Assembly: GCA_003973385.1 (NCBI GenBank)
Contig: QNYK01000023.1
Span: 2,951-66,950, forward strand
Source: Bacillota bacterium
GTDB taxonomy: Bacteria > Planctomycetota > UBA8108 > UBA1146
Length of the DNA: 64,000 bases
Direction: 5' to 3'
Each line of letters begins with the position of its first letter. Within the stretch, counting starts at the first letter, position 1. Of this stretch, positions 38,975 to 47,842 are shown piece after piece. The notes under the pieces are model-generated. The model was not told where the DNA came from and did no database searches. It saw only the letters and a program-made list of their open reading frames with translations. Position numbers and translations under genes: made by a program.

Positions 38975-39103
38975 ATGGAAGGGTTAGCCGCAGCAGCATT
39001 TGTTTTCAGTCTAGTCGGAGTTGTGGCACTTGTTCGACTGGAAAAACTTACAAAAACCTTGAAAGAGAACGGGATTCTCAAAGAGGACTACAAAGAAGAA
39101 TAA
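38975..39103 (+). CDS. Unannotated 42-aa single-helix membrane peptide in the lexA leader. Candidate SOS-induced toxin or division inhibitor (TisB/SidA-like).
   Basis: ATG at 38975 is preceded by AGAAGGAGGA (5-nt spacer) and a TAA stop at 39101. Product is MEGLAAAAFVFSLVGVVALVRLEKLTKTLKENGILKEDYKEE. The local sequence and codons are AT-rich, unlike the flanking DNA. It is too short for the ORF track. Confidence 0.5.
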   Translation: MEGLAAAAFVFSLVGVVALVRLEKLTKTLKENGILKEDYKEE

Positions 39104-39148
39104 TGCACCGAGCAATAACACTCAGAAACCTCGGAGGTACTCCTGATC

Positions 39149-39823
39149 ATGAAATCCTCAGTCCACCAGAATCCGGGTACCGAGCGGTCCCTGACAGGGA
39201 CTCGTGCTCGGGTTCTCGATGTCATCCAGGCTGGAGTGCAGCAAGGTCGTCGCGCCACGGTTCGGGAAATCGCGGCTCAACTGGGTCTTTCTTCCCCCGC
39301 TTCGGTACACAGACACCTGCGCCGTCTCGAACGAGACGGTTTCATCCGCCGAGATCCGCTCGGTGGTTCCCGCAGTTGGATGCCAACTGCACCGGGTTCG
39401 ATTCCGATCGTTGGCCTCATCGCCGCAGGACAACCGATCGAAAGTTGTACCGATGACGGAAGTCAGCCACTCGAATGGCTCGACATTGCCCCACAAACCT
39501 TTGCCAGTTCCGGTGACATTGTGGCACTCAAGATCAAGGGTAGAAGTATGCAGGATGCGGGAATCCTGTCAGGAGACCTGGCCATCGTCCGGCGACAACC
39601 GATGGTCGAGAATGGTGAAGTCGCTGCCGTCACCGTCGATGGAAAGGGCACGCTCAAGAGCTGGCGAATCGAAACCCCTGGCACAGGCCAGCGATCTCGT
39701 CGACGGGTTCGGCTCAAGGCAGCCCATCCCGAGTTCGAGGATATCGAAGTTGATCCCGAGCATCATTCGATCGAGGTGTTCGGAAAACTGGTCGGGATCA
39801 TTCGTCACTTTGATCGACCCTGA
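39149..39823 (+). CDS. lexA: LexA repressor (S24 peptidase).
   Basis: N-terminal winged HTH (TVREIAAQLGLSSPASVHRHLRRLERDGFI), Ala-Gly cleavage region (LIAAGQPI), and catalytic Ser in KGRSMQDAGI with downstream Lys (KGTLKSW). Confidence 0.92.
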   Translation: MKSSVHQNPGTERSLTGTRARVLDVIQAGVQQGRRATVREIAAQLGLSSPASVHRHLRRLERDGFIRRDPLGGSRSWMPTAPGSIPIVGLIAAGQPIESCTDDGSQPLEWLDIAPQTFASSGDIVALKIKGRSMQDAGILSGDLAIVRRQPMVENGEVAAVTVDGKGTLKSWRIETPGTGQRSRRRVRLKAAHPEFEDIEVDPEHHSIEVFGKLVGIIRHFDRP

Positions 39824-39835
39824 CCGGGAGAACTG

Positions 39836-40099
39836 ATGGCCGAAATCCGCGAAGAAGAGATCCATGAGGCCCTCGACGAGGTGGTCGCCTGCTTTCGTGG
39901 CGGAAAGGTCGAAATCCGTTCTCTGCGCTGGCGTGGTCGTCACCATGTCGTCACGCAGATGCACGCCAGCTGGATCGATCGTTCCGTGCATCCACCGGTA
40001 CATGGCTTCACCGTCACGCTGGAAAGCGACGATCTGATGGAACTGGCGTACCAGGCGGGTGATCTGGTCTGGCGACTGGAACGTCTCTTTCTGGAGTAA
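39836..40099 (+). CDS. Hypothetical 87-aa protein translationally coupled to lexA.
   Basis: GGGAGA RBS and an ATG 13 nt after the lexA stop. No recognisable domain. The last codons lie inside the first unit of the downstream tandem repeat. Confidence 0.5.
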   Translation: MAEIREEEIHEALDEVVACFRGGKVEIRSLRWRGRHHVVTQMHASWIDRSVHPPVHGFTVTLESDDLMELAYQAGDLVWRLERLFLE

Positions 40100-40229
40100 T
40101 CACAGTGTTTCTGGAGTCATCACAGTGTTGTTTCTGGAGTCATCACAGTGTTTCTGGAGTCACCACAGTGTTTCTGGAGTCACCACAGTGTTTCTGGAGT
40201 CACCACAGTGTTTCTGGAGTCATCACAGT
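40088..40229. repeat. Seven tandem copies of the 20-bp unit GTTTCTGGAGTCA(T/C)CACAGT (first copy degenerate), noncoding.
   Basis: Read directly from the sequence. Unit boundaries are 40107, 40130, 40150, 40170, 40190 and 40210, with a 3-bp insertion at 40127-40129. It sits between the convergent 87-aa ORF and the HEAT-vWA gene. Confidence 0.9.
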
Positions 40230-40264
40230 GCCAGGCTGACCGACGCTGTGTTCGGGTTGTGCGG

Positions 40265-42127
40265 TCAGGTCCCTGCATCCTGTTTGCCGAAGGAAGCTTC
40301 CACATCATGGAAGACGCCTCCGGCATCGGCTGCAACTCCCTCGAGAAATGCCCGGTTGGCGCCGCGGATCCGACCCACCGAGAGCACATGAATCCTCGCC
40401 TGCCCCCAGCGATTCCAGCGCCGGATATGCCACCGAAGTCGATCACCGCTCTGAATCTTGCCCTCGGTCGGGGCCCCCTCCGTCAGCAGCATGACGGTGT
40501 CGGTACCGGGCTCGAGAACGGCCCTTCGCAGCGGACCGTGGAGATTCCCCCTCGCGGCTCCACGACCTGTGGGCACCTGCTGGGCGCGAATCTGCTTTTC
40601 GAGTTCTTTGCGGGAGACTCCCAGCGGCTGCACTCGCGGCAGCGCCGGCAGGCTTCGACTGGCAAAGTGCACCACCTGGACCATCGCATCGCGGGGAAGT
40701 TGCCCCAGCACTCTCAGGAGTTCTGCTCGGGCAACGTCGATGCGCCTCGCTCCATCGACATCGAAATTGCCATCGACATCGCGAGACATCCCTCCCGAGA
40801 CATCGGAGAGAAACACGATCCGCTTCGAATCGAGCGGAACACCATGGTATCGAACCACACTCGTTCCTCGGGGGTCGTCATCTGCGCTCGCTTCGCCCGC
40901 TGTGTCCGGGTCGACTTCAGGAACAGGAGCAGCAGCAGTGGATTCCTCCAGCCAGGACTGCTTTCGGCTTTTCCACCATGAATCCCAGGAGCTGGCGGTG
41001 GAGGAGATCCCATCCTGCTCGGTGAGTGCCGCCAGCGTCGACCAGAGTTGCGCCTGCGTGGCTCCCTCCATCGTCGACGCACTCTCGATCAGGCCGCCGA
41101 TGAATTCTCCGCGTCGAGCTCGCGGCAACGAGGCCCCCGGGCCAGCGAGGACCTGAAGTGCAGCACGGCGAATTCTTCCACCCCAGATGCCCTGGCGATC
41201 CTTCCACGGCCGGGTCACCGCCTCGAACGCGGCTTCACCCCCTCGGTCGAGATCCGCCACTGCGAGTGCCTGGAGTGCTGCAATCCGCAACGCAGGAAGC
41301 TTTTTTTCCCGCAGCGCTCGCTCGAGAATCGGCAGCGCCCCGGCAGCGTCATGGATCGCCAGTGCCCGCATCGCCTCGCCTCGCACATACCAGGGCAAGC
41401 CTCGCTTCGCCTGATTCAGCAGCACCTGCAACGACCTCTTGTCGTGACTCCCCTGCGGCAGTGCAGCGAGAGCTCCCAGCGCCATCTCTCGAGCATCTGC
41501 CGAGGGTGACCCGAGCGCCACCGCCAGCAGTTCGAGCAGTAACGATGGGTCGGGACAGCGCAGGTAGATCTCGGCGAGGATCTCCTCGATCCCTTCGGGT
41601 GCTGGATCACGCGCTCCCCTGCGCGGAAAACCGACCCTCAATTTGCTTCGATCCTCGTCGCTCCACTTCTGGATGATGTGTTCGAATACCTCGTCGCGAA
41701 CCGTTCCCGAGGAATCCCCCAGTAGTTCGATCACCTGCTGGATGTCGCCTGGACCCTGCCGCACACGATCGCGGGCCTGGCGCGCCGCCTGAGTCTGTTT
41801 CTCGACGGAACGCTGCTCATCGACGCGCTCCTGCGGAGGTTTCGGTAGCTGGGCCTGGAGCGAAGCCGAGGGGATCGACCACAGAACGATCAGCAGCAGC
41901 GAACTCACGAATCGACACGATGTCGTCGATGTCTCCTGCAGCAGCGGCTGGGGCCTGCCGCCTCCGTGCCGGTCACCGGGGCCAGCGGGATCGGGCCTGT
42001 GCGGGAAAGGGAGCAACGGCCGATCGTTGCAGAGCCCTGGAATCGTCGACTGCTGCCGACACTTCGATGCGAGAATCGGCGCTGGATCGCCCGGGTCATG
42101 CAGTTTCTGGGTCATCGTGGATACCAT
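40265..42127 (-). CDS. Secreted or membrane-anchored HEAT-repeat protein with a C-terminal von Willebrand factor A (vWA) domain.
   Basis: Hydrophobic segment SSLLLIVLWSIPSASLQA. HEAT/PBS-lyase-like repeats (ALGALAALP, AMRALAIHD, RIAALQALAV). vWA MIDAS motif RIVFLSDVSGGMS and VMLLTEGAPTEG. N-terminal Pro-rich 70 aa; start uncertain. Confidence 0.65.
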   Translation of the reverse strand: MVSTMTQKLHDPGDPAPILASKCRQQSTIPGLCNDRPLLPFPHRPDPAGPGDRHGGGRPQPLLQETSTTSCRFVSSLLLIVLWSIPSASLQAQLPKPPQERVDEQRSVEKQTQAARQARDRVRQGPGDIQQVIELLGDSSGTVRDEVFEHIIQKWSDEDRSKLRVGFPRRGARDPAPEGIEEILAEIYLRCPDPSLLLELLAVALGSPSADAREMALGALAALPQGSHDKRSLQVLLNQAKRGLPWYVRGEAMRALAIHDAAGALPILERALREKKLPALRIAALQALAVADLDRGGEAAFEAVTRPWKDRQGIWGGRIRRAALQVLAGPGASLPRARRGEFIGGLIESASTMEGATQAQLWSTLAALTEQDGISSTASSWDSWWKSRKQSWLEESTAAAPVPEVDPDTAGEASADDDPRGTSVVRYHGVPLDSKRIVFLSDVSGGMSRDVDGNFDVDGARRIDVARAELLRVLGQLPRDAMVQVVHFASRSLPALPRVQPLGVSRKELEKQIRAQQVPTGRGAARGNLHGPLRRAVLEPGTDTVMLLTEGAPTEGKIQSGDRLRWHIRRWNRWGQARIHVLSVGRIRGANRAFLEGVAADAGGVFHDVEASFGKQDAGT

Positions 42128-42229
42128 TTCCGGCCAGGATTGCTGTTTCCACCCAGGATCTTAAAAAAAAACAGCAAGAATCGCCACCCCTGATGCATCC
42201 GGAAGCGGACACCTTCATGCTATCTACCG

Positions 42230-42931
42230 ATGGGAGTGGTGATGGCTCAAGGATTCAGGTGGGTTGCGATCTGCGCGGCTGTGCTGCTTTCGGGCTGCTC
42301 CGCCATCGATCTCCGCAGCCGTGGGACTGACCTTGGCGACGCCTTTCGCCTTCGTCTCGGTGCCGGGATCGGGCTCTATGGCGAGGTCGAGGCGACCTCC
42401 TGGATCCACCCGGCGATCGGATTCGCCGATGCCAGCCTGACACCTCGCTACACCCTCGGCTGGGATCCACGCCCCGGGCAGCCGGCGGGGATGTTGAGAA
42501 CCGCTGCTTTTCCGACGCTGTTGGTCGCCTCCAGTTTCTACACGGAACCGTGGGGGCCATCTCGAAGCAGCGACATATCCGCTCCTCTGAGAGGATTTCT
42601 CGGTGCCTGCATCCTGATGGGAAATCACTATGTCGAGGGAGAATCCTGCTCGCTGCTGCGTCTGCACGAACAGATCCCGAACCCTGTCCTGTCTCTGGCT
42701 CCCTCGCTGACGAAGTTGACCGCCAGCGAGCGAAGCAGCAGAAACTCCTGGTTGGCAATTTCGGGTACAATCGGCGTCGTCACCATCGATGTGGGGATCA
42801 ACCCGCTGGAACTGCTCGACGCGGTGCTCGGGTGCTTTTCGATCGATCTGCTCGAAGATGATGAATCCACGGGAGTCCATCTCCCCGACGATGGACCTCG
42901 AGAAACAGCGGAGAGGAATCTTGATGGTTGA
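42230..42931 (+). CDS. Hypothetical lipoprotein.
   Basis: Signal peptide with lipobox VLLSGCSA. The competing antisense ORF (42224-43060) is low-complexity and Arg-rich. Confidence 0.45.
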   Translation: MGVVMAQGFRWVAICAAVLLSGCSAIDLRSRGTDLGDAFRLRLGAGIGLYGEVEATSWIHPAIGFADASLTPRYTLGWDPRPGQPAGMLRTAAFPTLLVASSFYTEPWGPSRSSDISAPLRGFLGACILMGNHYVEGESCSLLRLHEQIPNPVLSLAPSLTKLTASERSSRNSWLAISGTIGVVTIDVGINPLELLDAVLGCFSIDLLEDDESTGVHLPDDGPRETAERNLDG

Positions 42932-45416
42932 AACTTTTCTTCTCTCCCTGGCTCCCTGGCTGCTGCTGGCCGCTGGCGCTCTGGTGTTGATGAAATCGGG
43001 ACGGGTTCGCATCGCATCGACGATGGTGGGAGCGGTCCTCTGTGGCTGGCCACTGGTCACGGGCCAGCCGCCGACCGTGGTCGATCAGTTGATCCGGATC
43101 CTCTTCGGAGCTTTTCTGATCATGGCGTATTTCGCGCCGATTCGCAGATTGCTGATCACTCGCATCCTGATGGCCAAGGTCACGAAAATCCTACCATCCA
43201 TCAGTGATACTGAACGAGAGGCACTGGAGGGCGGCACCGTCTGGTGGGATGCAGAGATCTTCTCTGGATCTCCAGACTGGGACAGCTGGTTCTCGCAGGG
43301 GACATCGGAACTGTCCGTCGAGGAAAAAGAGTTCCTCGATGGGCCCGTCGCCGAACTGGTCCACCTCGTGGACAACTGGAAGGACCGACAGAACGGAACC
43401 ATCTCCGACGAGGTGTTCGAGTTTCTGGCCAAGCACGGTTTCTTTGGCATGATCATCCCGAAACGCTACGGTGGACTCGGTTTTTCCGCAGCCGCCATGT
43501 CTGCAGTGATCTCTCACACCGCGACGATCAGCAATGCGCTCTCGATCACGATCATGGTTCCCAACTCCCTGGGTCCCGGGGAACTGCTGCTTCACTTCGG
43601 CACCGAGGAGCAAAAAGCCACACTGCTGCCTCGACTGGCCAGCGGCGAAGAGATCCCGTGTTTTGCACTGACCGAACCGGAAGCGGGATCCGATGCCGCC
43701 GGTTCGATGAAGAGCCACGGCGTCATCGTCGAACAGCAGGTCGACGGCAAGACTGTGCTGGGAATCCGCCTCAACTGGGAAAAGCGTTACATCACGCTGG
43801 CGCCGAGAGCGACGCTCATCGGCGTCGCATTCCGACTCTTCGACCCTGACCATCTGCTCGGAGAGCAGGATGCTCTGGGGATCACCTGCGCGCTGATCCC
43901 GGCCCATCTCGAAGGGGTCGAGACGGGCCAACGTCACGACCCACTCGGGGTACCCTTTCTCAACGGACCGACCAGCGGCAGAGATGTGTTCGTCCCCATC
44001 GATGCGGTGATCGGCGGAGAGCAAGGCTGCGGTAAGGGCTGGCGGATGCTGATGAAATCGCTGTCGGCTGGGCGAGGCATCTCACTGCCGTCCAGTTCTG
44101 CCGGCGGAGCACAGTTGTGTCTCAGGGTCGCCGGAGCACACGCCTCGGTGAGAGAACAGTTCGGCCTTCCGATCGGGAGATTTGAAGGGGTCCAGGAGCC
44201 GCTGGTTCGATCAGCAGCCAGCAGTTACTCCCTCGATGCATTGCGCCTGGCGACCACCCTCGCAGTAGATAGTGGCGAGAAGCCTGCGGTCATCAGCGCG
44301 GTGGCGAAAGCATTCGCCACCGAACGACTGCGCGACGTCGTCAATGACTGCATGGACATCGTCGCGGGGAATGCCATCTGTCGCGGACCTCGCAATGTAC
44401 TGGCCAATGCCTACTCGGCCGTACCGGTCGGAATCACCGTCGAGGGGGCCAACATACTGACCCGGACGATGATCATCTTCGGTCAGGGCGCGATCCGCTG
44501 TCACCCCCATGTCACCTCTGAACTGGAAGCGATCGAGAAGGGCGATTCGGTCGCTTTCGATCGGGCATTCTGGGGCCATGTGGGCTTCGTCTTCGCCAAT
44601 AGCGCCCGTTCGCTGGTGCACAGGATCTCCGCATATCGATTCTGCGAGAGTAACTTCGACGGCCCGATCGGCCGCTGTCAGCAACGCATCGGAGGACTCT
44701 CGGCACATTTTGCTCTCGCCACCGATTTCGCCATGGCCACCCTGGGCGGCTCGCTCAAGAGAAAGGAACACCTGACCGGACGGCTCGCCGACGCGCTGAC
44801 ATGGATGACGGTCGCCTCCGTGGTGCTCAAGAAGTTCCACGACGAGGATAGACCCGATGGAGATGCAGACCTGGTGAGATATCAGCTGGAAACCTGCGTG
44901 GTCCGCAGCGAGGAGGCACTCGCAGGATTCGTGCAGAATTTACCACTTCGTCCCGCCTCCTGGTTGCTCAGGCTGCTGGGGGTGCCCGCTCGAACCATCA
45001 CCTCCGGACCTTCAGACCAGCTCGCGGACCGGATTGCCGCCGAACTCCTCGACGGATCTCCCCTCTGGCAACGATTGACAGCGGATGTCGTGCCACCGCC
45101 TGCCGGCTCGCCAGGACTCGCCACTCTCGAGTTCGCACTGAAAAAGGTCGTCGCTTCGCGCCCCGACTCCGAGACACTCAAGAGTGCGATCCGGTCGGGA
45201 AAACTCGCCAAGCGCCCTACCTCGACGCTGATCGAACGCGGCCTTGCTGCTGGGGTCATCGACGAGCAAGGCCAGAAGCGACTCGAGGAGGCGGATGAAG
45301 CCCGCAGGGCAGCCATCGAGGTCGATGTGTTTGCGGCAGGAGTTTCCCCCGCGGCAGAGCCCTACTCCATCGACACGCCGGCAGATCCCATCGCCAAGGA
45401 GGGTGCCGGCGAGTAG
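42924..45416 (+). CDS. fadE: FadE-type large acyl-CoA dehydrogenase with N-terminal membrane helices.
   Basis: ~830 aa; N-terminal TM helices as in E. coli FadE. ACAD motifs (GMIIPKRYGGLGFS, FALTEPEAGSDAAG). ATG at 42924 after GAGAGGA. Confidence 0.85.
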   Translation: MVETFLLSLAPWLLLAAGALVLMKSGRVRIASTMVGAVLCGWPLVTGQPPTVVDQLIRILFGAFLIMAYFAPIRRLLITRILMAKVTKILPSISDTEREALEGGTVWWDAEIFSGSPDWDSWFSQGTSELSVEEKEFLDGPVAELVHLVDNWKDRQNGTISDEVFEFLAKHGFFGMIIPKRYGGLGFSAAAMSAVISHTATISNALSITIMVPNSLGPGELLLHFGTEEQKATLLPRLASGEEIPCFALTEPEAGSDAAGSMKSHGVIVEQQVDGKTVLGIRLNWEKRYITLAPRATLIGVAFRLFDPDHLLGEQDALGITCALIPAHLEGVETGQRHDPLGVPFLNGPTSGRDVFVPIDAVIGGEQGCGKGWRMLMKSLSAGRGISLPSSSAGGAQLCLRVAGAHASVREQFGLPIGRFEGVQEPLVRSAASSYSLDALRLATTLAVDSGEKPAVISAVAKAFATERLRDVVNDCMDIVAGNAICRGPRNVLANAYSAVPVGITVEGANILTRTMIIFGQGAIRCHPHVTSELEAIEKGDSVAFDRAFWGHVGFVFANSARSLVHRISAYRFCESNFDGPIGRCQQRIGGLSAHFALATDFAMATLGGSLKRKEHLTGRLADALTWMTVASVVLKKFHDEDRPDGDADLVRYQLETCVVRSEEALAGFVQNLPLRPASWLLRLLGVPARTITSGPSDQLADRIAAELLDGSPLWQRLTADVVPPPAGSPGLATLEFALKKVVASRPDSETLKSAIRSGKLAKRPTSTLIERGLAAGVIDEQGQKRLEEADEARRAAIEVDVFAAGVSPAAEPYSIDTPADPIAKEGAGE

Positions 45417-45493
45417 TGCGGAGATCTTTACCCGGCGTGTGCACAGTACACGACAGGTGGCGCTCGCCACGCTCATGCATCGTCAGCAAACTG

Positions 45494-47842
45494 CTACCTG
45501 TCTGCGGACCCATCCGGGTTGCCGTCTTCATCGATCAGAAAATCACCGCCACCAGGAATGGTCCTCTGCAGGGCAGGTAACAGCACCAGGGCGCCGATCA
45601 TGTTGCCAGCAAACATGAAGCAGAGCAGCACTCCCATGTCAGCCTGCAACTTCAGATCAGAGAAGATCCAGGTCGCCACGCCCAGTGCCAGCGTCAATCC
45701 TGTCACCAGCACCGCGTTCCCGGTTCGCTGCAGTGAAATCAGAAAGGCCCTCTCCAGGTTCGCCCCGGATCGTCTGGCTCGAAGCAGGTGTGAAGTGATG
45801 TAGATGCCATAATCGACACCGATCCCGACCCCGAGTGCGGCCACCGGCAAGGTCGAGACCTTGAGACCGATACCGAAGACGACCATCAACGCGTAGCAGA
45901 GGACGCTGACCAGCACCAGCGGCAAGATCACGCAGAGGGTCGCCCGGATGCTACGGAAGGCGAGTAACCCGAGCACGATCACCACCAGATAGATGGTGAT
46001 GAGCATCTCCAGCTGGGCTGCAGATACGACCTGATTGGTCGCTGCCATGACGCCGACATTTCCGGACGCCAGACGAAACTTTGCATCTTCAGAGCCAAGC
46101 TCTGCAGCGTATTTCTCGACAGCATCGGTGACCCTGACGATCGTCTCGGCCTTGTGGTCCTCGGTGAAGATCAAGACTGGCAAGACACTTGCGTCCGAGT
46201 TGAGCAGTCCGGTGGATGTCTCGATGCTGCTGAGTGATTGTGCCAGCATCTCGCTGTGTCTCGGCAGTTCTCGCCACTTCGGTGAGCCCTCACTCCAGGC
46301 TGCTGCGAGAATCCGAGCCACCTGGGGCAGCGAGATGGTCGAGCGAACCCCTTCGATGTTGGAGATCCTCCACTGGAACTCATCGATACGATCCATCACA
46401 TCATGGTCGATACTCGCATTGGGCTTCGTCTCCACGATCACCGTGATCAGATCGACTCCGATGGAGAAGGAACGGGCGATACTCCGAGTGTCGATGTTAT
46501 AGCGAGATTCCTTGCGCAGTTCCGGAAGCCCCTCATTGGCATCTCCGATGATGACTTCATCGACTCTCTGCCAGCCCCAGAACAACCCGACGATGGCAAT
46601 CAACACCAGCGAGATGGCCACCGGAAAACGCGTACATCGGGAGACGATGCTCCAGAGTTTATCTCGAACGGGTGTCGGTCGGGCGAGTTGCTGAGTGAAC
46701 GAATCCGCGACACGCATTCCACCCAGCAGCAGCGGCAGCAATACGAAACCGGTCGCAAAGATCAGTACCACGCCGACTGCAGACATCACGGCGAGGTGCT
46801 GGATCACACCGATCTCGATGAAGAGCAAGGTCAGGAAACCGACTGAATCGCTGCACAATGCCACAAAACCTGGCAGGAGTAGTTTTCTGAAGGCGTTCCG
46901 GGCTGCTGTGGCAGGATTAGCTCCCGCCACCAACTCGCCGGCAAATGCCCCGGTCATCTGGACCCCGTGCGACATGCCGATGGCAAAGATCAGAAACGGC
47001 ACCAGGATCGACATCGGGTCGAGTCCGTAACCGAGCGTCGTGATCGTTCCCAGCGTCCAGATCACCGCCAGCATCGAGCACGCCATCGGCAGCAATGTCA
47101 GTCGCCAGGAGCCGGAAAAGACACGAACCAGGAATGCGGTCACGAGCAGGGCAACACCGAAAAAGAGAACCACCAGCGTGGCACCGCCTGCGATGTCTGA
47201 AATTGCTTTTGAGAACCCGATGATATGGATATCGATCTCGTCATCGACGAATCGTGAGCGAATCATCTCCTCGAGTCGATTCCCTACCTCGATCGGATTG
47301 GGTCTCTCTTTCGTGTAGGGGTCCTTCTCGACCAGTGTCGCATAGACCATCGCCGCTGAAAAATCGTTGGCGATCAGCCGCCCCACCTGCCCCGAGTAGA
47401 GGACATTTTCGCGCACCTGTCTGGCCATCTCCTCCGTCGGAGCCCATTCGGCGGGGACCACGTTGCCGCCCTCGAAGCCACCCTCGACGATCCTCACGAA
47501 TCGAACATTTGGAGTGAAGATGGATTTCACGGAGGTGCGATCGATCCCGGGCACCTCAGCGAGTGCCGCAGTCACCTGTCGCACCTTCTCGAGGGATGAG
47601 GGGTCGAACAGATCTCCATCGATGGCACGCACCGAGATCAACAGTCGGTTCGCCCCTCCGAACTGCTCCCTGTGCTCGACGAAGGTCTCCATGTAGGGAT
47701 GCTTCAGCGGCAACTGCTTCTCGAAGCCTGCATCGATGGCCAGACGGGCAGCCTGAACTGTCAACAGCACCGAGACGAGAGCCAGCAACCACAACATCAG
47801 GCGACGATTCTCGAAGATGAGTTTTTCGAGCAGGGTCGTCAT
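45494..47842 (-). CDS. RND-superfamily exporter (COG1033/MMPL-like), 12 TM helices with two periplasmic loops.
   Basis: 782 aa, two six-helix bundles each preceded by a large loop. Start overlaps the stop of the upstream BNR gene. Confidence 0.8.
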   Translation of the reverse strand: MTTLLEKLIFENRRLMLWLLALVSVLLTVQAARLAIDAGFEKQLPLKHPYMETFVEHREQFGGANRLLISVRAIDGDLFDPSSLEKVRQVTAALAEVPGIDRTSVKSIFTPNVRFVRIVEGGFEGGNVVPAEWAPTEEMARQVRENVLYSGQVGRLIANDFSAAMVYATLVEKDPYTKERPNPIEVGNRLEEMIRSRFVDDEIDIHIIGFSKAISDIAGGATLVVLFFGVALLVTAFLVRVFSGSWRLTLLPMACSMLAVIWTLGTITTLGYGLDPMSILVPFLIFAIGMSHGVQMTGAFAGELVAGANPATAARNAFRKLLLPGFVALCSDSVGFLTLLFIEIGVIQHLAVMSAVGVVLIFATGFVLLPLLLGGMRVADSFTQQLARPTPVRDKLWSIVSRCTRFPVAISLVLIAIVGLFWGWQRVDEVIIGDANEGLPELRKESRYNIDTRSIARSFSIGVDLITVIVETKPNASIDHDVMDRIDEFQWRISNIEGVRSTISLPQVARILAAAWSEGSPKWRELPRHSEMLAQSLSSIETSTGLLNSDASVLPVLIFTEDHKAETIVRVTDAVEKYAAELGSEDAKFRLASGNVGVMAATNQVVSAAQLEMLITIYLVVIVLGLLAFRSIRATLCVILPLVLVSVLCYALMVVFGIGLKVSTLPVAALGVGIGVDYGIYITSHLLRARRSGANLERAFLISLQRTGNAVLVTGLTLALGVATWIFSDLKLQADMGVLLCFMFAGNMIGALVLLPALQRTIPGGGDFLIDEDGNPDGSADR

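Noticed and set aside
40088-40229. Possible CRISPR array.
   Set aside because: Units are 20 bp and directly abutting with no spacers. There are no cas genes in the window.
40059-40981. Plus-strand ORFs (110 aa, 277 aa) reading through the 20-bp tandem repeat and into the antisense of the HEAT-vWA gene.
   Set aside because: The repetitive peptide (…VTTVFLES…) is a consequence of the repeat being open in several frames. The downstream part is antisense to a well-supported gene.
42224-43060. 278-aa minus-strand ORF overlapping the lipoprotein and the fadE start.
   Set aside because: Low-complexity Arg/Ser-rich product. The plus-strand frames encode a lipobox protein and an RBS-preceded FadE start.
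43191-44024. 277-aa minus-strand ORF inside fadE.
   Set aside because: Antisense off-frame read. The FadE frame has ACAD motifs throughout.
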